DNA from: Phyllobates terribilis
Lineage: Eukaryota
NCBI RefSeq assembly: GCF_046119375.1
Contig: NW_027362767.1
Span: 292,950,001-293,014,000 of the forward strand
Direction of reading: 5' to 3'
Length of the DNA: 64,000 nucleotides
Position numbers and translations under genes: made by a program. This document shows, one piece after another, positions 41,489 to 53,978 of this stretch. The notes beneath the pieces are model-generated. The model was given only the letters and a program-made list of their open reading frames with translations, ran no database searches and was not told where the DNA came from. Numbering within the stretch: position 1 is the stretch's first letter; every line of letters begins with the position of its first letter.

Positions 41489-42738
41489 TGACTCGCCCCC
41501 AGGGCCGTGGGGTACTCGGCAGCTGGGCCTCTGGTTGCCGGGTGATATCACGGTGGCTGGCCCGGTCCGTGACCCAGGGCGGTCAGTGAAATGGGGGGAT
41601 ACTTTTAGATGGGTTTTTTTGGGGGGTTTTCGTGACGCTACCTGTGGTGTCTGGTGAGGATCACCAGCGCTGCAACAGTCCTCTGAGGCGGATGGTAGGG
41701 CAGCTTGTGATGGAATGGCTCCCAACAGGTGGAGCGGGCCTCAGGGCAGTGAAGATGAATGGAGGGGTGCGCTGGGCGTTGTAGTGCAGGGAGGGAAATG
41801 GCACCGGCAAAATAAAGGAGTGGAGGCAGCTCAGTGCAGTCATCCAAGCTTTACTCACAGTTCTTTGACAGTCCACAGGTGCACTGTACTGGTGCAAGCC
41901 TCCCGCGTCGCACTGCGTTCACCGGGCAGGGGTTCAGTCCTTCCTCAGGCAGATCGGGAGTGCCTGACAGAACCCCACTTTCCAATGTACCTTCCTAGAC
42001 CGACTTCACGCTGGGTCTTTACTCCCTCCTGCCCTGAGCTTCCCACTGAGGATCCTGTTCGGGTGCTGCGAGGTCCCCCCTGTCCGTCGGAGTTGCACAG
42101 ACCTGCTCGACCTTACTTTTGGATTGAAGTGGGAGTTTGGCTCCCGGCTATAGAATTCGGAAGCCTCTGGTTTTTCCAGCCGAGGCTTGAAGCTGCACGA
42201 CTGGGCCAGGGGCCGGTCCCCTTCTTGCGGTCTAGATCCTCCTGACACTTGGCAGGTTCTGGGTGTACGGGTGCCGCCTGCACTCGCCGTACCCCCTAGG
42301 ATCTCTTCTGTAGAACGGAGCTTACTCCCTGCTCCCCTCCTGGACCTCAGTCCTGGGCCCTTCTAGTGGAGCAGAGCTCCTAAAGAGACTCTGCTCCCAG
42401 ACTGTTCCTCTGAACTGTCCCTACACTGACTCTCCTACTGTAAAGATGTCTACCTTTTATATATCTACTGTATGAGTGCTCCCATGAACTACTTCCTCCA
42501 CCCACACCCACTACTGCTTCCCCCTAACTTTGGGTTCCCCCCACCCCAGCCAGGGTCAGAGCTCAGCAGAAAACTACATTGCGTCTTGCTCCTCCAGCCG
42601 GCCTGGGGTAGTGTAGTGTTGGATGCAGGTGTTGGGGTTCCGGGCAGCACTCCCTCCTTACCTGAGAGAAAGGGAGACACCACACCTCTGGGTGAGGTGC
42701 AGTACCTCTGTGGCGACCGAACCCTCAAGGGCGCCACA
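41489..42738 (-). mobile_element. Solo LTR (1250 bp), Gypsy family related to the 59368 LTR
   Basis: TGAC...CCACA termini; flanks CATA/AATA (3 of 4 TSD match); shares CTACCTGTGG and GGGGTACTCGG blocks with 50672-51675. Confidence 0.75.
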
Positions 42739-43353
42739 AATAATCTGTGAAAAGGAAAAATAATAATGTGCCTTTGTCTGAAATGAAGGAACAGTAAGGT
42801 GTAATCTCAGGACTCTGTATAATAAGTCCATAACTATTATGGCAGTATGAAGGAGACCTTTTTTTGCACTTTTTAAGGTCTTATGGATCCAAGTAGAACC
42901 CCTCTGCTTAGCGTTACCTTCAGTGGAGCCATTCATTGTACATGTACCAAAAAGGTATACAGAAAATGTCTTGTAAAGTGGTGGGACACTTGAAACTGAA
43001 GCGTGGCACTATTTGTTAGACAAGTCCCTTCTAATAGTAACTTATCTTACCAAAAGTTTCCATGATAATGATCCTTAACCACAAGTGTCTTATCCCGGTA
43101 TAAAATGTCACTCATCCAGAGGATACAGGCAAAGGGTCTTCTAATTTTGATGTCCTTCTTTACGAAGATAAATGCTTAATTAGTAGGATCTCTACACTGT
43201 GAATTGGTTCATTATCTTCTATGAAATGGTTAAGACACTTTGTCACTTGGATGTGGAATCCTAAGACAAGGTGCTGAGTACATAAGCGGTGGGCTTATAT
43301 GCGGAGGAGCAGTCCAGGACTCAGTCTGATTTGTAAACTGCCTCCTCAAGACC

Positions 43354-43555
43354 ATGAGCTCCCCCAAGAGAGAGTTCCTCTTTAAAGTGCTAGTAGTTGG
43401 TGACCTGGGAGTTGGCAAAACTTCTATCATCCAGAGATACGTCCACAACATCTACTCTCACTGCTACAGAGCTACTATCGGTGTGGATTTTGCTCTTAAG
43501 ATCCTGAACTGGGAGAAGGACGCTGTGGTGAGGCTTCAGCTTTGGGACATCGCTG
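43354..43555 (+). CDS. rab38-like: RAB38-like exon 1
   Basis: ACCATGA start; 202 nt; donor GTGAGT, phase 1. Confidence 0.95.
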
Positions 43556-46500
43556 GTGAGTTTATTGAGATTATATTACCTAAAACATACTGAAATACTG
43601 AATGATATTTTTTACAATAACAGTAAGTAAAAGTATAATCCATCTGTAGTGGTTCATCCGGTGCTACAAGCAAAAATGATTTCACCTACTAGTGTCTCCT
43701 ATATATGTATATTGCCATTAGCGCTAGGTGTGCAGACCCTCAATATGTTCACGTTCAGCTGACAATGTAGGTCTTCAACCTATTTGTTTCTGTTTTAGTA
43801 AATTTCTTGTTTTTAGCTCAGTCTGTTTATATTGTTAAACCCTGACCTTGGCCGAGAATCAACTAACACCACAACTAGTAATGAGCAGACCGGTGGAAGT
43901 TCGGGTTCTGGTACCAGAACTGTACCCAAACTTCAACCAGAACCCAAACCCCATTGAAAACAACGGAGACCCAAACTTTGAAGCTGGAAAAAATCTCTCT
44001 CTCTCTCTTCTCTCCCGGACTTCCCCCGGGACTCCAAACACTAAAAAGGACTTCCGGTAGAAGTCAGTGTTCGGAGTTTTAAGTTCAGGTTCAGTCATCT
44101 GTAATCACAACTGCTTAATTTTTAAATACAGCACTTAAAGTGGTTGGTCCCTTTCAGAAAATCATCAACCCCTGACACAGTTTGGTACAAGGATGAAAAT
44201 TTACTGAAAGGGGACGACCTCTTTGAATAATACTGGTGTCAATTACCCACATAATATTGCCATTTATCATACAGTGACAGTAAATGCCCACAAAATACTA
44301 CCATATACTGCCCAAATAAAAACAATTGGTAAAGGAAATCTGCCATCTAATTTGAAAGCAGCATAATGCAGAGGCAGAGACCCTGATTCCAATTACGTCA
44401 CTTACTGGCCCACTTTCTGTACCTTCAATAAAATCAGTGTGTTGTATGAGTGGGGTTATCATTAGAGGAGTAGTTGTCTTGTGCCATGCAGCCCTCCTGC
44501 TCTGTGTAAACCAGCCATGATCATTGATTGGCAGGTTTCTGCCTATGCACATTGTACACAGAAAATTGTCAATCAGTGGTGTGGGCGGGGTTATACAGAG
44601 CGGAGCATTCAGAGAACTGGTAGATCTGTAGCAGAGAAAGCAGTGATTTTATCAAAACGACAGCAAGCAGCTCAGTAGGTAACAAATCACTGGAATCAGG
44701 GGCTCTGCCCCATACTGTATATCATGCTGCTGTCAGATTACATAGAAAAAATCTGATGATAGATTCACTTTAAATATAATGGTATTTCCATGGGGGTAGG
44801 ATAATCACCGGATTTATCAGGCTAGAAATATGCTTATATGCATTGTGGGTAAGATTTTGAAATACCTTATCTACAAGCAGCAGAGAAAATCTGCAGCAAT
44901 TATTCACCTGTGCTGAGGAAATGACATCCACATTTTGTCAATTTATGCTGTGCATTTCACCCTTTACTACATCATTTCCAGTAAAATCCAGGCCGTTTGG
45001 TATAGATTCTGCCACTGCAGATTTCCTGCAAAAATGTCTAACTACATAACCCAAAAGTATTTGGTAATGCCTAAATAATTAACCATAACTGATGAAATAT
45101 ACCATTAACAATTTTAAAGTTTATGTTAAAATTAGTTCATATGATTTTGTAATTTTTTTTTGTCCAAACGTACATAGTGGTAATATGTATGCTCATAGAC
45201 CGGATGTAATTACGGTATGTATAAATCTCATATTATTGTCAGAAGAGTAGATGGAAAAATATCCAACGAAACTGATCCAATTGTCGATTACAGTTTCAGC
45301 ATTACTAGCTTTTAAAATTAGAGTATTAACCATTTCACAACCTCAGATGAATTAAATATCAAGGCAGTTACATTATGCTGTACTTTCCAATTCCACTCCT
45401 GAACCGAAAGGTACTATGTAGTGATGAGCGAGTATGTTTGATTAAACCTTTCGGCGAGTATGCTCGGGCGAGTACCGAGTATCTTAAGCGTGCTCTGTGA
45501 TATGTTTTTATCACTCCCGTGGGCATGATTTGCGACTGTTTGACAGCTTTAATACATGTGAGGTATGTTTAACAAATAAGCATACCTCACATGTACCACA
45601 CCTGCTCGGTCCTCCCTTTTTCGCGGAGTCGATTGAACAGCCATGCGACCTTGGTCAGGCCGAGTAGGTACTTAGTCACGCCCCTCTGGTCCCTCCTTTC
45701 ACCGCAGCACAGAGGTTCCACCACCCGGACCCGTAAAACAGGGTTGGACTGGCCCACCAGAGAACTGAAGAATCCTCCGGTGGGTCCTGGCTTCTCCTTC
45801 AGGAGAGTTCATAGTGCAAACCTTGCAGCTGCTATGGGGCTCTTGAGTAGGGGAGAAAGGTGGGCCCTCAGAATTAAATCCTCTGGTGAACCCAATGTTC
45901 TTCAATCTGACACTGCCCGCATATACGGTATGTTAGACTGTCTACCGAACCTGTCAATATCGGCATGTTTGTCCAACATTAGTCTAACATGTATGGGAGG
46001 CTTTAGAGTAGCAATTTAGGCAGCTATCTTGGACTACTCTCCAGGACAATAGATTATCTATCCTTGGATTCTGTCAAGATTAGCAATAGATTCGTCTTTA
46101 AATAGAACCTGTCATCAGGGTTTTATACGCCAAACTAATAGGCTGTAAATGCAGAGCCCACCCACTGGGCTTGCAACTCATTAGCATACTATTTCTATAA
46201 AACAGCAAAACAGATTTGTACAACCAAGTTAAGGTAAAGCACCTTTACATACATGCCATTAATTTGGCGTAAAAAAAGGCTGATGACAGGTTCTCTTTAA
46301 GTGTAGTATTAATAAAGATTACAAAATCAGTCCTAAATATGTCGTGATAGTATTTAATTGGACAAGCTGCATTGTACAAACCCTATTTTTGCTGAAGATG
46401 AATGCCAATGGTGACAATTATTTTATTTTTACAGGAAATTAGTGTTTTTACTGATTCATGCTATAGATTTTTATAGTTTTTCCTGTTTCTTTATGTCCAA

Positions 46501-49403
46501 TATTCATACATACGCTTACATCTCAAATTAAAGCAAGGAAGAATATAAAAGTATAATGATGAAATCTATGTTTTCATTAAGGTCAGGAGAGGTTTGGCCA
46601 CATGACTCGCCTATATTACCGTGAAGCAGCTGGTGCATTTGTAGTGTGTGACTTGGGCCGTGCAGTCACTCTACAATCCGTTCAGCGCTGGAAAGATGAC
46701 CTGGACTCAAAGATTATGCTAAAAAATGGAAAACCAATTCCAATGATTCTAATTGGGAACAAAAGTGATCTGCTTCCCCATGGAATAAGAATCCAAAATG
46801 TAGAGGACTTGGGCCGAGAGCTGGAGTTTACAGATTGCTATATGACTTCTGCTAAGGTAACTCATTGCTGACTGGCTTGTACAGAATACTGCCTTCTTTT
46901 TTTTACAGTATGCTCCTAGGTTTATTTACCAGGCAAAAATTCTCATGCAGCAGATCAAGTTATGCCTCAGATTTTACAACAGAATTCACCAATTGCCCCA
47001 ACTGACAAAACTTTATATTATGTGACAATTAGAGCTAGGGCAGAGACAGACTGCCGTATCTCTCGTGCGAGGATCACATTGTAAACCTTGTACTGGCCAG
47101 TACCTCTCCTGACCAGACCATGACAGCTGCATAGAAATCCATCACGCTGTCATGCTCAGGTCAGTAGAGGTGCCTGCCAGTCCATTCAGTGCGATGCGAT
47201 AATCGCACGAGTTATACGGCAGTCTGTCTCTGCCCTTAAAAGAAATCTGTCAGCAGGTTTTTGCTACCTCATCTGAAAGCAGCATAATGTAGGAAAAGAG
47301 ACCCTGATTCCAACGATGCATCACTTAGTTTACTGGGTGCAGCTGTTGCAACACAATCAGAGTTCTCAGTCTAACCAATATAGAGGCCAAAAAAATATTT
47401 ATTTAGAATATTGCCACACAATACAATATATAATCCTATTCAAGGAGGAGGCTTCCATTATAAAATGTCAAACTTTATTAGTACAAGTTACAAAAAAACA
47501 ACAATAAAATCAGAGCAATGAGGTAGTATAAAAAGAACAGACCATGTGATGTAGCCTAAAGAGTATACAGCACATGTAAGATAGCTGACAAATGAATTGA
47601 TTTATTCATAGGGACAGAAAATTATTTATGTATGGATCTTTATTATAATGCTGACAGATAGTTAATAAATATACAATCAGTATCTCAATTCTGGCAAAAA
47701 GTGTCAGATGCAGTATAAATAGCAACATAAGAATTGAAAGGACACTGGGATATATAATACTGTATAGTCAACCACAAAAAAAGGATAATAAAAGTGCTAG
47801 ATGTAATAATTTTACTTATATGAAGCATGTATATAAGAGCTGACAATATAGTTATTTCATTTATAATCCCAGGTTAAATCTGAATACACATTGATTATCA
47901 ATTCATAATTCCCAACACAAGAACAAAAAAAGTACCATGATGCAATAAATATATTCTTAATACTTAGGAATTCCCAATTTATAATATTGCATAGGCTACA
48001 CACTGTAATGAAACCTGCTTTACTACATAAAGTGCAAAGTGCAAAGACCATTTTTCAGTGCTCAGAATAAAAGTTACTTTTGGTAAATACATAAAAAATG
48101 TTAAATAAAGCAAAGTAAACAATTCTCATATTTCCATAGTTACCAATTGCTTTCAGGCTAAATGCACCTGGGATCCCCCTGATGCGCGTTTCGCGTGGGC
48201 TTCTTCCTGTTAACCAGTTAAATGCCGCTGTCAATAACTGAAAGCAGCATTTAACACATGCAGACAGGAAGCGTGGCATTGATCCTGCCTATCAGTGCCT
48301 CTGTCATGTGATCGCGGGGGCTGATGGGTTGTCATGAGAGCTGGGGGTCTGCAAAAGATTCCATGCCTGTCATCACAAACCTCCTGTGCCACAGGCTGGC
48401 AGTCATAGGAGATCATGATTTTTGCTATACATAACAGCTTCAAGTCTCCTAAGGAGACTAAACTAGAAAAAAAAAAGTTTTAAAAATATTTAAAAAATAA
48501 AAAAAACACAAGTTTAAATCACCTGCCCCTATGCCTCATTAAAAATAAAATAATTACAAAAAATACACATTTGGTATCGCCGCTTTCAGAAATGTCTGAT
48601 CTATCAAAATATAAAATAAATTAATCTGATGGGTAAACGGCGTAACGAGAAAAAAAATCAAATCGCTAGAATTACTGTTATTTTGTGGCTGCAAAATTGC
48701 AATAAAATACAATAAAAGGAGTTCAAAGCATTGTATCTACCCCGAAATGGTATCAGTAAAGAGTCATCAACTTAGGGCAAAAATAATAAGCCCTCACTCA
48801 GCCCCAGATCCTGAAAATGAGATTGTTATGGGTCTCAGAAAATGGCGACAAAAGCTAAATTTATTTTTTGACAAATTTCACATTTTTTTTTCACCACTTA
48901 AATAATAAAAAAAAACTATATATGTTTGGTATCTTCGTAGTCGTTCTGACCTGGGGAATCATATTGCCTGTTCAGTTTTATCATATAGTGAACATGGTAA
49001 ATACATTTTTTAAAAAAAACATGGTGGAGTTGCACTTTTTTTTACAATTTTTTCGCACTTGAATTTTTGCCCCCATTTTCCAGGACACTATACGGCAGAA
49101 TGAATGATGTCATTCAAAAGTACAACTCATCCCAAAAAAAAGTGGAGCGAAAAACGGAAAATCGCACGGGGGTGAAGGTCTTAAGAGTAGTGCAGGAAAT
49201 CAGTACAATCCAAAGCACTTTGATATGAGTCTATATTCCTCCTGCAGGACAATGTCAACATCGATCAAGCAATGTCGTGTTTAATTAAAGAAATGATTGC
49301 AAATAAGGAGGACAGTGAACCAACAATGGATCCCAACATTATTAAATCATCTCAACTGAATTTTCATTACACAAAAGACTGCTCACGATGCTGCCGCCTC
49401 TGA
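43354..49403 (+). CDS. rab38-like: RAB32/RAB38-subfamily small GTPase (RAB38-like, 210 aa, 3 exons)
   Basis: join(43354..43555,46582..46856,49248..49403)=633 nt. GDLGVGKTS, YRATIGVDFALK, subfamily hallmark WDIAGQE, NKSD, TSAK, C-terminal CCRL; intron positions as recalled for RAB32/RAB38. Confidence 0.9.
46582..46856 (+). CDS. rab38-like: RAB38-like exon 2
   Basis: GQERFGHMTRLYYREA...MTSAK; AAG acceptor; donor GTAACT. Confidence 0.93.
47430..48207 (-). mobile_element. Penelope-like element terminal-repeat fragment (in RAB intron 2)
   Basis: Same architecture as 51880-52340: reverse AATAAA near 47475, AT-rich tract, hammerhead-like GCGCGTTTCG...CTTCTTC motif; boundaries approximate. Confidence 0.55.
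48208..49180 (+). mobile_element. Right part of a TTAA-ended (piggyBac-like) non-autonomous element
   Basis: Ends GTGAAGGTC-TTAA; matches 16330-16908 in reverse. Confidence 0.5.
49248..49403 (+). CDS. rab38-like: RAB38-like exon 3 (DNVNIDQAMSCLIKEM...KDCSRCCRL*)
   Basis: CTGCAG acceptor; helix 5, hypervariable tail and di-cysteine prenylation motif. Confidence 0.92.
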   Translation, partial: DNVNIDQAMSCLIKEMIANKEDSEPTMDPNIIKSSQLNFHYTKDCSRCCRL

Positions 49404-49736
49404 ATTATGGGACTATATCTGTGTGCTCTTCGATGGGATGTGAATGTGTGTGAAATGACTGTATAAGAAAATTGTATGCATTCATGTGACTACAGTTCAG
49501 GAGGAAACCCTGATCATGGAAAGGAGCTGCAGAGGAATGAGGATCCGCGTCACAAGTAAACTAAAGAAAAATGTCAAATTAGTCATTACACATGCAAAAA
49601 TGCTTGGCATGGATCAGGGGAGGACAAAGACAGTAAAGGGCCCCTGTGCAGGACTTGTGACTGAGCCCCCCTAAGTCAGGCGCCACCCTTGTAAACACAT
49701 TGACATTTTCATGTATATTCACATTAAGAACAATAT

Positions 49737-49742
49737 AATAAA
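49737..49742 (+). terminator. Putative poly(A) signal of RAB38-like
   Basis: AATAAA ~335 nt after the stop. Confidence 0.4.
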
Positions 49743-50671
49743 ATGTACACAAGCTAATACATAACACATGTAAAATTCCACATTATGCACCACTTACATA
49801 GTACACACACACCAATAAGAAATGTACATGCACATTACACATGCACATACACAGTGTCGTACATGTATTTGTGATGCACATGTTCAGTCATCTAGACAAT
49901 GTATTTCTTTGTTCATTCATAGTTGTAACTGTTTTTGTTTTCGAAGGCGATCTGTAGTTTTAAATGTAACTTTGCTAAATGTATGGAAGAGTTACATTTG
50001 TATTAACATTTCTATAGATTAAATAGAGAAAAAATAACAATCCGACAATTTTTTACGCCATTTACAGATCCCCATAAATAATCTGTTCACTGCATTGTAT
50101 GGGTTGATACGGTTACAGCGATACCAAATAAGTGCATGTTGTTTACCGATTTTGATGTTTATTTAAAAAAAAAAAATGTATGGAGATCATTGTTTTATTT
50201 CAATGTGTTTTTCAATCATTTTTAGGAGAATTTTTTATATTTTTTGTTTTACTTTTATTTTACCTCTAATATACAGGTATAGACATGCAATGATATATAA
50301 AGATGTATCTCTATAGGCTAGCACAAAATGCCTGTAAGGATGAATACCATTTAAAAAAAAACGTAATTGATTATAAATGAAAGCACTGAAAGAAGCAGGG
50401 GCCTGGGTCATATAAATGGATAACACGTTTGAGCACCCTGCAGTCCGACTGGAGCTTTTGTGAAGCTGAATTGGCTGTATGTTGTGTCCTTCTCTGGTAT
50501 GGATAAAAAAAACACCTATGGTATTCAGATCTATACTGTGTTTAATATATTGTACTAAAATGTATGGATCTTGAACTGTATATATCTTTTAGCTTGAACA
50601 GTAAACTTTTTAAGAAAAGAAGTAGAAGTTTTGCAATGTCTTTCTTCCTCTTCTCTACTCAAGGGTGTTAT

Positions 50672-51675
50672 TGACGCGGCCCCTGGGCTGTGGGGTACTC
50701 GGTAGCCAGGCTGGTCGATGCTGGGGGATGTCACAGTGGCGGTGACCCGGTTCGTGACCCAGGGCGGTCAATAAAAGGGGGAAAGTAAAAGGGGAATGAA
50801 GTTTTTAAAGATAATGTTCGTGACGCCACCTGTGGTATGCGGCTATATGGAGCCACTGCTGCGGTGCAGAACCTCTGGAGCTGATGGTGACGCAGCAGTG
50901 TTGGTTCAGCTCTCCACAGGCAGAGCTTAGCTCCAGGGTAGGATATAGTGATGCTATGTGGTAGATGTTGCTGGTGCGGTGTAGTGCAGGTGATGGCGCA
51001 GATAATGACCAGTCCACAACTTAATGGCAGTTTCCTCTTATCTTTACTTGCGGTGGTTAGGCAGACCGGGGCACGGGTACTAGCTGGTAGTAGAGGTCCG
51101 GGCGGCCTGGAAGCAAGTTGGGAATCCACCTCGCTAGGTGAAGTTGTAGGCCTTCCCTCTGCGCTAATCTCTTTGGCCCTGCTGCTTATAGCTGTGCTGT
51201 GGACCTCATCCCTGAGCAAAACGTCTTTGTGCTCACCCGTATGGCAGGCTGCTCGGGCCTTCCTGGAGTGTCGCTCCCACGTGGCGGTGCTGCTGAGCCT
51301 CCGGGCGTCTGATGGGGCCCGGAGACCTGCAGTCTCCTGCCCTCCGGTTTCTGCTGCTGGGCCTTCAGTGCCCCACAACCTCGGACTCCGGTGTCCGGTT
51401 CTTCTACGCTCCTCTCTGGGGTGAGCTGCCGTGCAACTCCACTCCCTGGGTCTTTCCTCTTCACTGTCCTGTATTCAACACCTCTCACTAACTCTAACTA
51501 ACCCCGCCTCCAGATCCCAGTTGCTAAGGGGAGGAGCTCTCCTTTCTGGTCTGGAGCCAGGAAGTGTTGCATGCTAGTATACCTGATTAGGGGACCCCTG
51601 CTTGCTTCCAGGCATGGCATCACCCCTTGTGAGGGAGGCAATGCCACTGTGGCAACCGGACCCCTGGGGTCCACA
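50672..51675 (-). mobile_element. Solo LTR (1004 bp) of the Gypsy family at 59368
   Basis: Reverse complement of the 59368-60420 termini (GGGGTCTGGTTGCCACA; GGGGCGCGTCA) plus internal blocks such as GCCATACGGGTGAGC; exact 4-bp TSD TTAT. Confidence 0.88.
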
Positions 51676-52270
51676 TTATCGTATTTGCACTGTTACCATT
51701 TGATTACAAACATATCTCACTATTTTTTTTTTCATTCACTGTACAGTTTCTACTTGGGTGGACTAAGGGTAGATTCCCCACTGTTGCAGAGGTAAGTGGG
51801 TCCTGCATCTGAAAGCCATGCCAGAAAAAAACAATCCTTGCAGATGTAAACTACCATTTTAGAATTGATGGAATCAATAGGAAGAAAAAAACGCAACATA
51901 AAGCCCAGTACTATAGTTCAAAATATAAAAATACAAAGCTTTATTACATATATTTCAATAAAAATCCATTAAATTACAAACAGAGTGTAAAGCATCAATG
52001 GTCATGTACAAAATTGAACAACGGACATACCACTCCACCAGCACAGATGGCCCAACACTATCAATCATAGCTCAATTGTTAACCTCCAATTATAGTCTCC
52101 ATTATTTCTATGAGTACCCATGTATCGTGGGATATTTAACAAATCATGATTCTATATAGAGTGTGTGATACACTTAAATATAAGGAGCAAAAATAAGTAA
52201 GTCAAGCAGAGAATATAGCTACCTTGGTATAGGATATAGAGATTGGGCCAACGGTTGTAGGGTGTACATC

Positions 52271-52310
52271 CACCCCAATGCGCGTTTCGGCGAACCTTCT
52301 TCAGGGGGTA
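52271..52310 (-). ncRNA. Minimal type I hammerhead ribozyme motif (Penelope-type)
   Basis: Minus strand TACCCC-CTGAAGA-A-GG(TTCG)CC-GAAA-CGCGCAT-T-GGGGTG. Confidence 0.7.
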
Positions 52311-52342
52311 TGCATCCATATGTCTGTGGTCATTTTTATATA

Positions 52343-53978
52343 CAGTGGGTACGGAAAGTATTCAGGCCCCTTTAATTTTTTCACTCTTTGTTTCATTGCA
52401 GCTATTCGGTAAGTTCTAAAAAGTTCATTTTTTTCTCATTATAGTACACTCTGCACCCCATCTTGACTGAAAAAAAAACCCAGAAATATAGACATTTTTT
52501 CAAATCTATTAAAAAAGAAAAACTGAAATATCACATGGTCATAAGTATTCAGACCCTTTGCTTAGTATTGAGTAGAAGCACCTTTTGAGCTAGTACAGCC
52601 ATGAGTCTTCTTGGGAATGATGCAACAAGTTTTTCACACCTGGATTTAGGGATCCTCTGCCATTCTTCCTTACAGATCCTCTCCAGTTCCATCAGGTTGG
52701 ATGGTGAACGTTGGTGGACAGACATTTTCAGGTCTCTCCAGAGATGCTCAATTGGGTTTAGGTCAGGGCTCTGGCTGGGCCAGACAAGAATGGTCACAGA
52801 GTTGTTCTGAAGCCACTCCTTTGTCATTTTAGCTGTGTGCTTAGGGTTATTGTCTTGTTGGAAGGTGAACCTCCGGCCAAGTCTGAGGTCCAGAGCACTC
52901 TGGAAGAGGTTTTCATCCAGGATATCTCTGTACTTGGCTGCATTCATGTTTCCTTCAATTGCAACCAGTCATCCTGTCCCTGCAGCTGAAAAATACCCCC
53001 ATAGCATGATGCTGCCTCCACCATGTTTTACTGTAGGGATTGTATTGGGCAGGACATGAGCAGTGCCAGGTTTTCTCCACACATACCGCTTAGAATTATC
53101 ACCAAAAAGTTCTATCTTCGTCTCATCAGACCAGAGAATCTTATTTCTCATAGTCTGTGAGTCCTTCATGTGTTTTGAGCAAACTCTATGGGGGCTTTCA
53201 TATGTCTTGCACTGAGGAGAGGCTTCCATCTGGCCACTCTGCCATAAAGGCCCGACTGGTGGAGGGCTGCAGTGATCGTTGACTTTGTGGAACTTTCTCC
53301 CATCTCCCTACTGCATCTCTGGAGCTCAGCCCCAGTGATCTTGGGGGTTTTCTTTACCTCTCCTACCAAGGCTCTTCTCCCACGATTGCTCAGTTTGGCT
53401 GGACGGCCAGGTCTAAGAAGACTTCTGGTGGTCCCAAACTTCTTCCATTTAAGGATTATGAAGGCCACTGTGCTGTTAGGAACCTTGAATAATGCAGAAA
53501 TACTTTTGTAACCTTGGCCAGATCTGTGCCTTGCCACAATTCTGTCTCTGAGCTCCTTGGGCAGTTCCTTTGAGCTGATGATTCTCATTTGGTCTGACAT
53601 GCACTGTGAGCGGTGAGGTCTTATATAGACAGGTGTGTGCCTTTCCAAATCAAGTCCTATGAGTTTCATTAGACACAGCTGGACTCCAATGAAGGAGTAG
53701 AACCATCTCAAGGAGGATCACGAGGAAATGGACAGCATGTGACTTAAATATGAGTGTCTGAGCAAAGGGTCTGAATACTTATGACCATGTGATATTTCAG
53801 TTTTTCTTTTTTAATAAATTTGCAAAATTGTCTGCATTTCTGCTTTTTTCAGTCAAGATGGGGTGCAGAGTGTACTTTAATGAGAAAAATAAATGAACTT
53901 TTTAGAATTTACCAAATGGCTGCAATGAAACAAAGAGTGAAAAATTTAAAGGGGTCTGAATACTTCCCGTACCCACTG
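52343..53978 (-). mobile_element. Tc1 family A copy 3, defective
   Basis: Complete TIRs, TA TSD; frameshifts near 53170 and in the C-terminal half. Confidence 0.95.

Noticed and set aside
43354-49403. Calling this gene RAB29/RAB7L1
   Set aside because: Some RAB29-like residues, but the P-loop, switch I and 3-exon structure follow RAB32/38
50731-51488. Long ORFs in solo LTRs (also 41715-42245, 59696-60076)
   Set aside because: GC-rich LTR sequence with no recognisable domain; open on several frames by chance
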